Assembly: GCF_006345805.1 (NCBI RefSeq)
Contig: NC_043001.1
Coordinates: 114,700,001 to 114,764,000, forward strand
Direction of reading: 5' to 3'
From: Octopus sinensis
Taxonomy: Eukaryota
DNA length: 64,000 nucleotides
Shown: in pieces, positions 25,091 to 40,214 of the stretch
Layout: every line of letters starts with the position of its first letter
Numbering within the stretch: the first letter of the stretch is position 1
Translations under genes and position numbers: made by a program
The notes under the pieces: generated by a model
The model's database searches: none
What the model saw: the letters and a program-made list of their open reading frames with translations, nothing else
Told to the model about the DNA's origin: nothing

Positions 25091-25802
25091 TAAAAGATAT
25101 ATATATTAATAAATATGTTTGTGAGTGTCCCTTTGTGTCAGTAAATGTATACATGCTTAAACACACGCACACGCACATATACACACATACTTTGATATTA
25201 CACATTCATTGCATATATGTATGTATTCGTGTAGACATGATCTTGTATATATGTACGTGCATATATATATATATGTGTGTATGAGTATGTATTTATATAT
25301 GTGTGTATGCATTTGTGTGAGAGAAAGAGAGTATATTTGAGAATGCATCCTGGAGTCAATCACAATTGCCTATCAGTTCTGAGATTCTTTCACTCCTACT
25401 TCATAACAAAACTAAATATTCGAGTAAGTTAATAAAAAAAACCTGTTTGGTAAAGTTTTGCAATTGTTCATCGTAGTTTCGGAGAGTTTATGATAATCCC
25501 TTGTTCCGACATGATGGTTTGGTTATTGGAAGCATTATGTCGTGTTGTTCCGTTGTAATTAGATTTTCGAGTGTTCCCAAACAACTGTGCGATAATACTA
25601 TATAGTGACTTCAGAAAAAAAGAATTTCTTCACTATCTGAAGGAAGCAACTCCACATCTTGTGCTCTAATGTACTATGCAAAAATACCACATGTATTAAA
25701 ATATACGTACGTATAAATATATAAAGATGTGCGTAAGTATGTGTGTGGGCGAGTGCATGCATGTGTCTTTCTATGTATCTATAAATATATGTATATTTAA
25801 GA

Positions 25803-25851
<49 letters not shown>

Positions 25852-25961
25852 AATCTGCATCGTTATGTACACCGGTTTATATATATGCATGTACATATAC
25901 ATATATATATATATAATATATATATATATTATATATATATATATTATATATATATATAATA

Positions 25962-26038
<77 letters not shown>

Positions 26039-26616
26039 ATATAGACATATGTGTAAATATATTTATATACATAAATATATATATGTGTCTGTATATATAT
26101 ATATTATATGTATTTATGTAGATATAATGTGCAAATATATTCTTATAATATGTATGTATGTATATATACATACATGTGCAAGTATGTACGAACGTACGTA
26201 TGTATGTATGTATGTATGTATGTATGTATGTATGTATGTATTATGTATGCGTTTATATATGTGTGTGTGTGTGCGTATGTGTGTGTATGTATACGTATAT
26301 AACAGAACAGACACACCTGAAAATCCTATATATTTAGTTAGCTATATTTGTATATGTCTATATACTTTTCTCTATATATAAATAGTAGCTTCTGGTTAGG
26401 TTATTGAACTATATCCAGTGAATTCCAATGAGCGTTTAAGTATGCTGCAAAAGGACGTCGTATCGTCATTGAGATAGAAAGAATTGTGCAGAAATTTTGT
26501 CAATAAACAAAATAAAATGAAATACAATAGACGAGGTTTAAACTATCGGCGGCTGATTTGTATTTTTCTAAGTCATCACGTCCGTTTCATGACAAAAGCT
26601 CTGAAAATAAAAATAT

Positions 26617-26701
<85 letters not shown>

Positions 26702-26813
26702 CTGTATGTATGTATATGTATATACATATTTATATTCATATATATATATATTTGTATATACATGAATATATAGCTATACATATATTCATGTGTATATATA
26801 TATACATATATAT

Positions 26814-27010
26814 GTGAAGGCGCATGGCTTAGTGATTAGAGTGCCGAGCTTACGATCGTGAGGTTGTGAGTTTGAATCCCGCAGCGGGTTGCGTTCTTGG
26901 GCAAGACACTTAATTTCACGTTGCTCCAGTTCACTCAGCAGTAGAAATGAGTTGCGACGCTACAAGTGCCAAGCTGTCTCGGCTTTTGCCTTTCCCTTGG
27001 ATAACACTGG
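26814..27010 (+). mobile_element. tRNA-derived SINE family C (CORE/Meta-like centre)
   Basis: TGGCTTAGTGA A-box-like, GAGTTTGAATCC B-box, CTTGGGCAAGACACTTAA...TTGCTCCAGTTCACTCAGC centre. Confidence 0.75.
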
Positions 27011-28151
27011 TGTCGTGACCGGAATTGCGCCTGGGTGGCTTGTGTCCCATCTCCACGTAAATCCAAAGAAATAGCATACAACAATGAGCCTGGTCAGAAT
27101 AACTTCAGGTTGCATATATTTTATCATTTAAGTGTCAGTTGACCCCTTGTCTCTCTCTCTCTCTCTCTCTTTCTCTCGCTCTCGCTTTCGCTCTCTATGT
27201 CATCCATAACAATATATTATGGTACTGGCTTTTGCTTCAAAGATTTGCCTTACCTGCCACTTTAGGCTAACAGGTGGACGATCGTGCCATTTCAGGTACC
27301 CAAACTGAATTTATTGCAGAACTCAAATGTCCGGCACAAATACCCTGAGGCATCCTGTCTGTCGTTCCTACGATTCTGTCAAGCCATTACCTTAAACTGG
27401 TACTCTTGTACTCTTTTTCGAAATTGAAAGGATGTAAAGTGAAGCTCCAGGTCAGCACTGATCAGCTTAATCAAGGATTAAATGGACATTAGATTAAATA
27501 GGTCGATGATCAGATATTTCTAACAATTTATAGATCATGTATCACAGACTAGATCGAATGAACCTATGGTCAAATATATCTATGAGCAAGTGTTCCTGTG
27601 ACCAAATAGATCTAGGATCAAGCAGACCTAGGATTCACTACAAATAGGATAGAATGAATGTTGGATTAAATTTTTATATAATCAAATAGGCTGTGTCTCC
27701 ATAAACTTACCATCATATAACCTTATTATCAATTTGATTTTAAAGCAGGAATAGCTAGGAGCGAAATTTATATCATAGAAACTAAACTTAGAAAGAAAAA
27801 CCGCGCAGTAAATTGAGTAAAGTTTACATAGATCTAGAATCAAATAGAGCTAAAATAAATTGCTTTGAATGAAATAAAACTAAGATAAAATATACATACA
27901 TATATATAACACGTGCAAAGTACCTAGTTCTAGAATCTCTATACGAGATATAAGGCGGTAACGCTTTTCTTAGACAATATAACATGCTTGTTCTATATAG
28001 AACTATGGTACTACAATTTAACCCCAGGAAAACGTCTTTTCCAGCTGGTTAATGACAATCAACCGGTGTCCGATATGTTGTGAGTACGAGAGCGAATCAT
28101 TCCCTTCCAGCCTGGAAAGTCCAGTAGACCATGGTATCCACCTTTGTTTCT

Positions 28152-28319
28152 GGTGAGGTCAAAGTTACCAGAACGATATTTGGGAAACCAGTTTAATACT
28201 GTCTGCTATATAATAACATTAGAATGGAATATTCTATTAATATTCCGAGCTGTCTGTGATGCTGTATTTCCAAGAAAGAATTAATATTTCAAAACTGTAC
28301 GAATTTCCGAGTTATCCAT
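28152..28319 (-). mobile_element. Mariner transposase N-terminal HTH remnant
   Basis: MDNSEIRTVLKY*FFLGNTASQTARNINRIFHSNVII*QTVLNWFPKYRSGNFDLT; mariner pattern IR.I..YEF..G..A.Q.ARNIN...WF..FRSG.F.L. Confidence 0.8.
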
Positions 28320-30439
28320 CTCTAAACAAAAATAGCAGAAAGCGATTTATAAATACTTTATGAAGCGCAAAATAAAGTTAGAATAAAGAAATAGATGTAT
28401 CAGCTTTCTAACAAAAAATAAAGATTGTCAGAATATAATAATGGCGCAAAATGAGCAGCTGTCAAAGTTTACCATATACCTTACTACAAATTTCATATTT
28501 TACGACTTTATATATAAACACACATATACACACACATATCAGGTGCAATAACTGATACTTAATCTACAGTATGCAATTTTAAAAGTCAAATCAATGCAAT
28601 TGACGAAGAGTAACTATAGAATGTAAGTATCCATTTTCAGCTTCCTGGCATGTAAATGAAGGCTGAAAGGATGTTTGAACTCAGAACATACAGAGACACG
28701 ACTACTGTTCACGAGGTATATTTCCAACGCTGATTCGGCCATTGCACTGCCCTGTGAGTTACCAAAAGGAAAGCGACTTGCTTTTCAGTGTCAAGAAGAG
28801 ATCAGACTAGTAATCCTACATCACTTTATTTTATTGATTTGTGACTGGAAATCGAAGCTATAAAGAATAGCTAACTGAAAATGTAATGGCTCAAACGGTA
28901 ATCAAGGCTCATCCACACACACGGGTCTGCTTACTACCAATAATGACTGAACTTAAACATTCAACATACGCAAACCTAAACCAACATACACTAACATACT
29001 TTCATATACTATCTATCTCTTTATACGCAGACACACATATATACATATGAAAGGCATGCGTCTGTGCCTACATATTTACGTATGTCTGTGTTTGCACGAG
29101 CGAAGTTTGTTTTTCTCAGTATCTGTACAATAGTAACAGAGTCCCGAAGCGATACATATATAAGTTATACGAGAAGTATATATATGAGTTGAAAAACCGC
29201 TCTGGCAAACATATGTACGTAAGTTATCAATATTTAGTATCTGCAGCAGCATCTAAGTCCAAAGCAAAGAAACGGAAGGAATCTGTGATTAACGAACATT
29301 CCGTTATCTCTATTGAAATTTCGTGTTTTTGCCTCGAACGCTTATAGATCTCAATTGATAAGATTAACTAATAGCGTAAAGCTTTTAAGGAATTAACGTA
29401 CACCCATTATTGGATAGGCAATCTTTCTAAATCTATTTAATTTGATTGGCTATAACTCGTGCTGTGCCAGCGAAGTAGTAAGGAAATGTCCGGTAAACCA
29501 TATCGCCGACCGTCCTTAACGCTTTTATTTTCCTTGGTGTTGGGGATTGTATTTAACTAATGTACAATATTCTTTTGGGAAAAGCGAAAAGGTCACAAAA
29601 CCTTAATTTTTCCCATCTGGTATAGAAAAACCAAAAAACCTCATATTCTCTTTCTGTGACATAAATATTAGTATGTGACTATTTTGATGTGGAAATATAA
29701 TATGTGAACAACTTCTATGTTATTCATTTCATATTATTTTCTCCTTTTTCAATCTATATCATTTACAAAATTCAGAGTAATTCGCTAACTGTGGAGAAAA
29801 AATTAAATCAGGTGTTTGAGGTAATATGGGATTTTATATATGACCACTTAATCTGTTAAAGATAGTAGCCAAACTCAGATCATACACTATCATCTTTAAA
29901 AATACACTTTAGATACTAAAGTCTGTGATATAATATATATATATATACACGCGACTGTATATATGCACAGTAAGAGAGAAATCAGTATAGTAACGAAACA
30001 TTTCTACCAAAAGCTGGTATTTTCAGATGGAGATTTGTCAAAAGTCGTGACTAGGAAAGTCTGACCTACAAAAGGGATTGCTGAGGGGTGAATGCAAAAC
30101 TGTGTCATTCAAGTACCACGATCGAGTTAATCAGCACTCGCTCTATTCGCACATGGTATGGGCTTGCATGGTATGACAGAAAACCGGAATGAGACATGGG
30201 GCAGCAAGTAGATGCAGGTTGGAGTAATCCAATGACACAAGTAGTATTATAAATGCTTGTAAATGATTCAGCCACTTACGCGCTGATTCAATGAAGCTCA
30301 TAGTTCTATGTAGATTATTGCCGGATGTAACTTTATTCTTAATTACATACATGCATACATAGAGCACTGTACCGTACACATTAGACGTGAAGATGTAGAG
30401 GGCAAATTTAAAACGTTTCTGAACCTTTTCTATATACTT

Positions 30440-30640
30440 CAGTACATTTGCGTTATCCGCACAAAAGACATCTAAAAAACGATCTTGTTTTCAGCTTGAT
30501 ACATGGCATTCTAGACGTGATTGCATCTGATAATGGGACAGAATTGGTGTCAAGTGAATTTAGAAAATTCTGCAAAATGTTGATGACAGAAATGGAGGAA
30601 ATTCCAGAAATTAAAATTCTGCCGGATGAGAGAAAAACTG
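30440..30640 (+). mobile_element. Gypsy-type integrase remnant
   Basis: HGILDVIASDNGTELVSSEFRKFCKML (SDNGT at 30526-40) matches the GIP..I.SDNG.QF.S.EF..FC core; the flanks are decayed. Confidence 0.65.
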
Positions 30641-31065
30641 AGAGGACAAATGTAATATCTCAATGCCACTACATCTCGTCCGATTCACTCCAAAATTTAC
30701 AGGGACATGTAAAATGAGGTGACGATGCCCGTGGGCTACCTTAGCAATGCCTATCTTAAAAGGTGTGGTTGCTAGGGACCATCTTCCTCACTCACGTTAT
30801 TTCCTCCATTCCCCTCTAACTCCCCTTCAATATTAACTTTGACAGGTCCACTCTCGTTATTTAATGTATCTGTCTTCCTCAACTCACTCTCGCTATTTCC
30901 TCTCTTCCCAGCACATTTTCACTCACTCTATTTCTTGAATATATGTATAGCTATATATGATATTTTTGCCTATCCAGGGCAGAATACCAAGACGTTTCGA
31001 GTGTGGACTGAAGGGGTACAAAACAAAAACGTGCCCAGACACTTCAACCTGAAACACGAGGAAAA

Positions 31066-31357
31066 ACTCCACAGACACGTGTACCCTTAACGTAGTTCTC
31101 GGGGATATTCAGCGTGACACAGAGAGTGACAAGGCCGGCCCTTTGAAATACAGGTACAACAGAAACAGGAAGTAAGAGTGAGAGAAATTTGTGGTGAAAG
31201 AGTAGAGCAGGGATCACCACCATCCCCTGCCGGAGCCTCGTGGAGCTTTTAGGTGTTTTCGCTCAATAAACACTCACAACGCCCGGTCTGGGAATCGAAA
31301 CCGCGATCCTACGAACGCGAGTCCGCTGTCCTAACCACTGGGCCATTGCGCCTCCAC
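31066..31357 (-). mobile_element. tRNA-derived SINE, same family as 18340-18721, 3'-truncated
   Basis: Near-identical reverse complement of the first about 290 nt of the 18340 copy. Confidence 0.9.
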
Positions 31358-31834
31358 AGCTAGTATACAACGCAAGTAACACACAGCAAGGTCAAATAGT
31401 CAAAAATGAACGCACAAGAACAGATACAAACGATGACAACAATAAAGTTACCCCACAAAGAACACAAGCGACACATAACAAGGACAAAGAGACGAAAATA
31501 AAATAACTTTTTTAAAACTCTTTCTAAAAATGTTCATTGAGGTTATCTGATGTGTAGGGTTCGAGTTAACGTCGTTCCACCTTTTCATTTATTATTACCA
31601 TTCTTTTCATTCGATTTTTTCCCCACTTTTGTGTTTTGTCTGTCCTTGTTTGTCCCCTCTATGTTAGGCTCTGTGTGGCCAATAAAGAAATACAGTAGTG
31701 GTAGAGTCGTTGGAGTCAGTGTCAGTTACGTGAAATATACGAGTTTGAGTTAGCTTCAAGTTAGACGCTTCGAAGTCATTGTCTTGCGGAGCTACTAGCG
31801 ATCACACAATAGACGAGTCAAAGATAAGACGCGG

Positions 31835-32054
31835 AATACCTATTTCTTTACTACCCACAAGAGGACAAACAAGGACAGACAAACGGATTAAGTCGATTAT
31901 ATCGACCCCAGTGCGTAACTGGTACTTATTTAATCGACCCCGAAAGGATGAAAGGCAAAGTCGACCTCGGCAGAATTTGAACTCAGAACGTAGCGATAGA
32001 CGAAATACGGCTACGCATTTCGCCCGGCGTGCTAACGTTTCTGCCAGCCCACCG
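31835..32054 (-). mobile_element. SINE family B
   Basis: Reverse complement of the 32720 copy; the 5' segment TACGTTTCTGCCAG is tandemly duplicated just beyond it. Confidence 0.88.
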
Positions 32055-32719
32055 CTACGTTTCTGCCAGAATACCGCTACAACATAATACAAGAATATTA
32101 CAGTGCCGATAATAACCTACAAGTGGACGAGGATCCACATAACAATACACACACAGAAGAACGCACACCCGCAAACATACACACAGATACTTGCCTATAC
32201 AAAACACCGCCAGATACGCACACATACATGTAGGTATACATTCAAATAAGAAAACACTCTCACATTCACACACACACACACACATACGCTCACCAAGAGA
32301 ACCGACTCAGCAACAGGAACACGCATAATAGACCACACATCTGCGCGCGCATACAGTCACGCACACGCTTTCACACACATATACGCGCACACAGTTTCTT
32401 GCAAACACGCACATAGATTCTCACTGATATACCTACCTTGTTCTCCTCATCTCAGTCACCTCCTCACACAAAGAACTACACTCTAAACCCCTAAATCGTT
32501 AGCAGATATGAGGCGAACTAACTCCGATTAAAAATGGCAAAAGGATGAAACCTTAGAGTTCATTGAAACACCCATACAAACAGTAAAACGGATGTACACA
32601 CACAACCACACAGACTTCCGCCCGTACACACAAACCCTTCGTTTACTCTCACGCTTTCGTCCTCTAAGCAAACGCACTTGCTAGTATACATACAAATAGA
32701 CGATACCAATTCTCACACA

Positions 32720-32951
32720 TGGCGGCGAGCTGGCAGAAACGTTAGCACGCCGGGCGAAATGCGTAGCCGTACTTCGTCTGCAGTTACGTTCTGAGTTCAA
32801 ATTCCGCCGAGCTCGACTTTGCTTTTCATCCTTTCGGAGTCGATAAATTAAGTACCAATCACTCACTGAGGTCGATGTGATCGACTTCATCCGTTTGTCT
32901 GTCCTTGTTTGTCCTCTCTGTGTTTAGCCCCTTGTGAGTAGTAAAGAAATA
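32720..32951 (+). mobile_element. SINE family B with 18-bp TSD
   Basis: GATACCAATTCTCACACA at 32702-19 and 32952-69. Confidence 0.93.
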
Positions 32952-33925
32952 GATACCAATTCTCACACACTCTCAGAGGAGATCTTGGAGCGAGAGAAGT
33001 CTCAACGTCACTGAAAAGGTAGCGAACAGCAAAGAAAGAACATTGATTAACAAACAACCGACTGATTGTTTAAACCAGTACATTAAACAAACGATCCATT
33101 TGCTACTTGGTCAGATATTTAACAAATTGAATAACGATAAGATAAAGAAGTGGAATTGAACCCGTGCGTGTGTTATTATAGGGGTAATAACTCTCCCAAG
33201 ACACAATATATTATATATCATATAGCATATATTATACATATCTTGTATTAGCTCTGCAGAGTAAGTGAATCAACTGCATCAGAGCTGTAGGTAAACATCT
33301 ATAAAAAACAAATTTTGTTACTCTCTAACTGTCATGTTTGCTGTGAGTATTCAAAACATTAAAACAAGTCGCATAAAAGAAGAGGGATATTTCAATCCAT
33401 TCATAATAGAAATATATAAATAATGACTTTTTTTTTGCAAAATACTGAGGCGCGTATGGCCATCATATACGTTAGTTTAACTTTTAATTAATGTTAGTCT
33501 AGAAGTAAAGCGAGTCGTAGTTATAATTACTGACAGAAGAAAAAGTAATCAAATAATTAGAACACGCAGTTACGTGTCATGTTCCTTGCCTTAGAATTCA
33601 CTGCTTTTATCCATTATTAGTTTATATATATATATATATTATATGTGGTGTGTGTGTGTGTTGGTGTGTGGTGGTGTGTGTGTGTTGTGTGTGTGTGTGT
33701 GTGTGTATACATAATATATATATATATATTATATATATATATATATATTATATATATATATATATAATATATGTATATGCATATGTATATATGCATATGT
33801 ATATATATATAATTATAGCTACAGAGGCATATATATACGTGTACATATACAACTATTTGTACATATATTCATGCATACATACATATCGTATATAAGGGTT
33901 TGTGTGTTTGTGTACGTGCGCGTGT

Positions 33926-33968
<43 letters not shown>

Positions 33969-34531
33969 TGTATATACGTCCGCGTGCGTATCTAGATATG
34001 ACTAAGATTTCACATCTGTTTAAAATTGCACAGCGGAAAGTTAAGACATACTGTAGTTCAACTACTTAAAAATTATCTTAGATTTCTTGATGCACGCTGT
34101 TTTGAGCGTAAATGTTAATTGATTATTTAATCACACAGTCGACTAACACACGACAAGCTAATTTCTTCAGTTATTATAGAGAAATTTTAGTCTGCCCTCA
34201 ATTTAAATAGCTATAGGTCACTTGGCTAGAAACACTGTTATCAGACAGACGGTTGAGTGGTACTTGTATACGGATGAGTGTGATGAACACGCACCAAAAC
34301 ATGTCAGGACAATCTCCCTTATTTTTCTTTAGATGGAGAAAATATATTTATTCACATCTGTAACAATATGTATTCACATCCGCTTAGTGTTACATAACTA
34401 CAAGTTTGAAATTTACACTTTAATTACTTTGAAAGGCTGTTGTATTTTTTCAATTCATGGTCTATATTTCATACATGTTTTTTTATTAATATTTATTTAT
34501 TACAGTCTATCAAATAAGTTTTTATTACTAG

Positions 34532-34619
<88 letters not shown>

Positions 34620-34622
<3 letters not shown>

Positions 34623-36125
34623 TAGTTTTATTTTTATAGCGTGCTTTCACTTCACTACCGAGCGCAGCTCTGTGTGCCTTGGGTATGTGCTGTGATTTAT
34701 TGTGATGCTCTGATGGTTATTGTATGGAAAGTGTTCTGCGTAGGATGTGTGCAGTGCCTAGTAGTGCGATTTTCTGTATGTTATATGTGTTTGTAAGTCC
34801 TGGTGTTTTTGTTATGTATTTGCTGAATATTTTTTTATCATGCCTAATGCACCTACTATGATAAGAATTGTTTCTGTTTTCAGATTCCACATTCTAGTTA
34901 CCTCTATTTCCAGGTCTTTGTATTTTGAGAGTTTCTCCATTTCTTTTAGAGACACGTTGTCATCTGCCGGTATTGATACATCAATTAGAAAGCATTTTTT
35001 TTTTCTTCATGATCTCTGACAACTATATCTGGTCTGTTGACTTTAATTTCTCGGCATATCCCAGAGTATGGTTGCTTTCTCGTTTTCTGTGACCTTTTCT
35101 GGTGTGTGCCTATACCATCTTTTTTCTGTTGTTATTCCATAATGTTGGCATAACTTCCAATGTATGTAGGTTCCAACTCTGTCATGTCTGTGAATATATT
35201 CCTTCTTAGCCAGGACTGGGCAGCTAGAGATAATATGATTTATTGTTTCTTGTCCATCTCCATATTCTGCAGTTACTTGTTATATTTCTTTTCATTACAT
35301 GTTTTTGGTAATTTCTGGTGGGAGGCTTTGGTCTTGTGCTGCAATTAAAAATCCCTCTGTTTCTGCTTTGAGTCCTGAGCTTCTCAACCATTGCGGGATT
35401 TTCTTTGTCTATTTCTTTTGCGTTTAGTTTAGTCCAGTATTTACCATGAAGGGGCTTTTCTTGCCATGGTTCGTTGCTGTTCTATTTTAGTTTGGATTTC
35501 ATTTGTTTTATAGCTTTTGTTGTTTCTTCATCATCTTCTTCTTCTTCTTCTTCGTGTTTATTAGGTGGTATGATTTCTTGTTTGTATATGTCAGCTTCCT
35601 TAAATACTGAGAACAGTTTTTTGTTTTGCTCGTGTTTTGCTGCTATCTGGATCAGTTTTCCTCTTCCTTCTGAAGTAGGTATTTTTGCAGTCTATGGTGG
35701 TTATTTTATAGTAGTTTTCCAGCTGTATAAGGCCTCTACCACCTTCTATACGTGTATATATAGTCTTTCTATGTCAGATTTTGGGTGATGCATCCTAGAT
35801 CCTGTCAATATTTTTCTTGTTTTCCTATCTATTTTGGACAGTTCATTTCGTGTCCAGTTAAGGATATTGTAGCTGTAACTTATAACTGGGACAGCTAAAG
35901 TGTTGATACCTATTATCTTGTTTTTAGCATTGAGCTCTGTTTTTAGTATTGATCTAACTCGTCTATAATATTCTTTTTTTATTTTCTCTTTCATTTGTGT
36001 GTGTTGTGTCTTATCTAGTTCATGGATTCCTAAGTATTTGTAAGTTTGGCTTTGGTCTAATTCTTTTATTTCATTGGTTTTATCTAGTGTGATGTTGTTA
36101 CTCTTAACAAGTTTTCCTCTTTTCA

Positions 36126-36127
<2 letters not shown>
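34620..36127 (-). mobile_element. 5'-truncated RLE-type (R4/Dong-like) LINE, about 1.5 kb, in (ATT)n
   Basis: YKYLG...RRVRSILKTELNAKNKI...HPKSDIERLY (RT C-terminus), CRICGDGQETINHIISSC zinc knuckle, RPDIVVRD...LIDVSIP...EKLSKYKDL endonuclease; stop at 34717-19; 3' UTR shared with 63018-63553. Confidence 0.95.
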
Positions 36128-36162
<35 letters not shown>

Positions 36163-36184
36163 ATTATTATTATTATTATTTGTT

Positions 36185-36480
36185 GATGAAACTACGTTTA
36201 TTTTACTGGGTATGATGGACAGTGTGAGCTGACCACAGCCAGCAGATTGGGGGAACAATTGTTTACTGGTCATGCTTCAAGAACCCTGCAAAGAATTCTT
36301 GGAGTTCCAAGCAATGGCTGATTTTTGTAGGTGTTCTACTTTCACACTTGTATCAATTTTTTGAGCCATGCTGCTTGTTGTGTGCTGATACTTCCAAGTG
36401 CGAAAATTACTATTGGTATCATACATATTCTCCTCATTAGGCACAACCTTCGTATTTCCCACTTGAAATGGTCATGGTTA
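36185..36480 (-). mobile_element. Short 3' fragment of a second RLE-type LINE family in (ATT)n
   Basis: KWEIRRL..MIPIVIFALGSIST...VKVEHLQKSAIAW/LLGTPRIL.RVLEA across frameshifts. Confidence 0.8.
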
Positions 36481-37233
36481 GCTATTATTGTTGTTATCAT
36501 TATTATTATTACTAGTATTATTATTTTATTTTTATTATTGTTGTTGTTATTATTATTATTGCTGTTGTTGTTGCTGTTGTTGTTGTTATTTAGCAGCATG
36601 CAGAGGCGGACAAAAAATATATTTCAAAAATAATAATTGACTGCTTGATTTTATTACACATACATCTGGATAACAGTTGATTCTAAATACAATATGAAAC
36701 AATGAAATATAAAAACAATGTTAAAAAACGAAAACACATGTACACCAAGCAGAAAAAAAATACAAAACAAGGATTCCGAAACGATAAATATAACAAAACA
36801 TTGTTGCTGATTTTGTAAAGCTAAACGACAGCAACATGAATTTGGCTAACAATAAAAATGATTAATTTTTACTAGCAATACATAACCTCTTGATAGAATT
36901 AACGTTTATATTTGAATTTCTATGGAACGAAGCATAATATTATTTGATAGACTATAATAAATAAATATTAATAAAAAATACAGAAGCCGTTATGTATTTT
37001 ATAAGTGTTGTTCATTCAACATGATAAATAAGACAAAAGCTACACACAAAACACACATCTGTATATATACATTTACATACGTATAGGGATCTACGTATCT
37101 ATGTATGTATGTATATATATATATATATTATATATATATATAATATATATATATATTATATATATATATATACATACATATATACGTAGATCCCTATATA
37201 TATATATATATATATATGTATGCATATATATGC

Positions 37234-37269
<36 letters not shown>

Positions 37270-37314
37270 CTGTGTGTGTGTATACATATATAATATATAT
37301 ATATATATATATAA

Positions 37315-37351
<37 letters not shown>

Positions 37352-37379
37352 TTTTATATATATACACACACACACACAC

Positions 37380-37417
<38 letters not shown>

Positions 37418-37690
37418 TACATATATGTGTGTTTGTGCGTGTGTATGTGTGAATGTGCGTGTATGCGTGCGTTTGTATATAAGAACGTATTAATGTAAAA
37501 TTTATACTCGTACATATATCATGATTGTGTGTGATAGAAGCATATAAAATTATGGATTTTTCAAACCAATTATACATTATTAAGTGAATAAACAAAACAC
37601 ACATTTTACATTAGAATTTTGCTTTTAATAAAAGCAATATATGGGAATATATAACAGTTTCATTTTTGTGTGTTTGTTTGTTTGTTTGTT

Positions 37691-37750
<60 letters not shown>

Positions 37751-37916
37751 ATTGAAATAAATTATATTTATCGAATATCAGTAAATATTGGAGAAACAAA
37801 AATAACATTAAAACTTTGCTTATGAAACGTATAGGCCATAAATTCATCCATTGGTATATATTTGGATGTGTGTGTGTATATATAAATATATCTATATCTA
37901 TATATCATATATACAA

Positions 37917-37951
<35 letters not shown>

Positions 37952-38639
37952 ATATATATATAGTGCGTGTGTATGTGTATATGTACATATATATATATGT
38001 GTGTGTGTATACATATATTATATATGTATATATATATATGTACATATATATATATGCATATATATTGAAAGATTTATATTGATTACAAGTCTCACAGAGA
38101 CGCACAAACGCGTTTACACATACGTACATGTATGTATGTATGTATGTATGTATGTATGTATGTAGTATGTATGTATGTATGTATGTATATTTCTCAGAGG
38201 TCCCTGCCAAGAGTAATGAAACAAAATTTAAAAGCATAGACAAAATACTGCATTTCAGATTCTGTATACTGTCGTTTTGTCAGCTTCATAGTTTATATGT
38301 TAAGTGATTTTATCAAGTGTGTATGTGTTTTCCACTTGCCAGTATTTAAAGATTGTGCTTATACATCCTTGCAGAATTACACAGAAGCACGTATACAAAA
38401 AAAACCCAAAATATATCAAGACGAAGAAAGATGCACGCTGACGACGAAACGGAAAACGGCACAACATCGCACAAGAATTGTGGAAAGCGAGTAAACACAG
38501 CTGCACACTTTTATGTATGCATTTACAAACATACCTGCACATTATTACGCACATACACATGCACACTTATGTGTCAATATGTGTGCATAAGTATATGTGT
38601 GTGTATACATATATACATATACGCACAGAAACAATATAT

Positions 38640-40168
38640 ACATGTATACATACATACATTCATACATACATACAAACATACATACATACATACGTACGTA
38701 CGTACGTACATACATACATACATACATTCATACATACATACATACATACATACATACATACATACATTCATACATACATTCATACATACGTACGTACGTA
38801 CGTACATACATGCATACATACATACATTCATACATACATACATACATACATTCATACATACATACATACATACATACATTCATACATACATACATACATA
38901 CATACATACATACATACATACATACATACATTCATACATACACATACATACATACATACATACATACATACATACATACATACATACATACATTCATACA
39001 TACATACATTCATACATACATACGTACGTACATACTTACATACATACATTCATACATACATACATTCATACATACATACATACATACATACGTACGTACG
39101 TACTTACATACATACATTCAACATACATACATACATACACACATACATACATACATACATACATTCATACATACATACATACATACATACATACATACGT
39201 ACGTACATACATACATACATACATACACTCATACATACATACATACATACATACATTCAACATACATACATACTTCATACATACAAACATACATACATAC
39301 ATACATACATACATACATACATACATACATACATACATACATACATACATACATACATTCATACATACATACATACATACATACATACATACGTACGTAC
39401 ATACATACATACATGCATACATACATACATTCATACATACATTCATACATACAAACATACATACATACATACATACATACATACATACATACATACATAC
39501 ATACATTCATACATACATACATACATACATACATTCATACTACATACATACATACATACATACATACATACGTACGTACATACATACTCATACATACATA
39601 CATATACATACATACATATACATACATACATACATACATTCATACATACATTCATACATACAAACATACATACATACATACATACATACATACATACATA
39701 CATACATACATACATACATACATACATACATACATACATGCATACATACATACATACATACATACATACATTCATACATACAAACATACATACATACATA
39801 CATACATACATTCATACATACATACATACATACATACATACATTCATACATACATACATACATACATACATACATACAAACATACATACATACTTACATA
39901 CATACATTCATACATACATACATACATACACACATACATACATACATACATTCATACATACATACATACATACATACATACATACGTACGTACATACATA
40001 CATACATACATACACTCATACATACATACATACATGCATACATACATACATACATACATACATTCATACATACAAACATACATACATACATACATACATA
40101 CATACATCATACATACATACATACATACATACATACATACATACATACATACATACATACATACATGC
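38640..40168. repeat. About 1.5-kb interrupted (CATA)n tetranucleotide array
   Basis: Direct inspection; variant units CATT, CGTA, CAAA; source of the 500-600 aa HTYI ORFs. Confidence 0.97.
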
Positions 40169-40214
40169 ATAACACATTCGAAGGAATAGGTCGCGTATTG
40201 GGCGTGGGAGTCTA

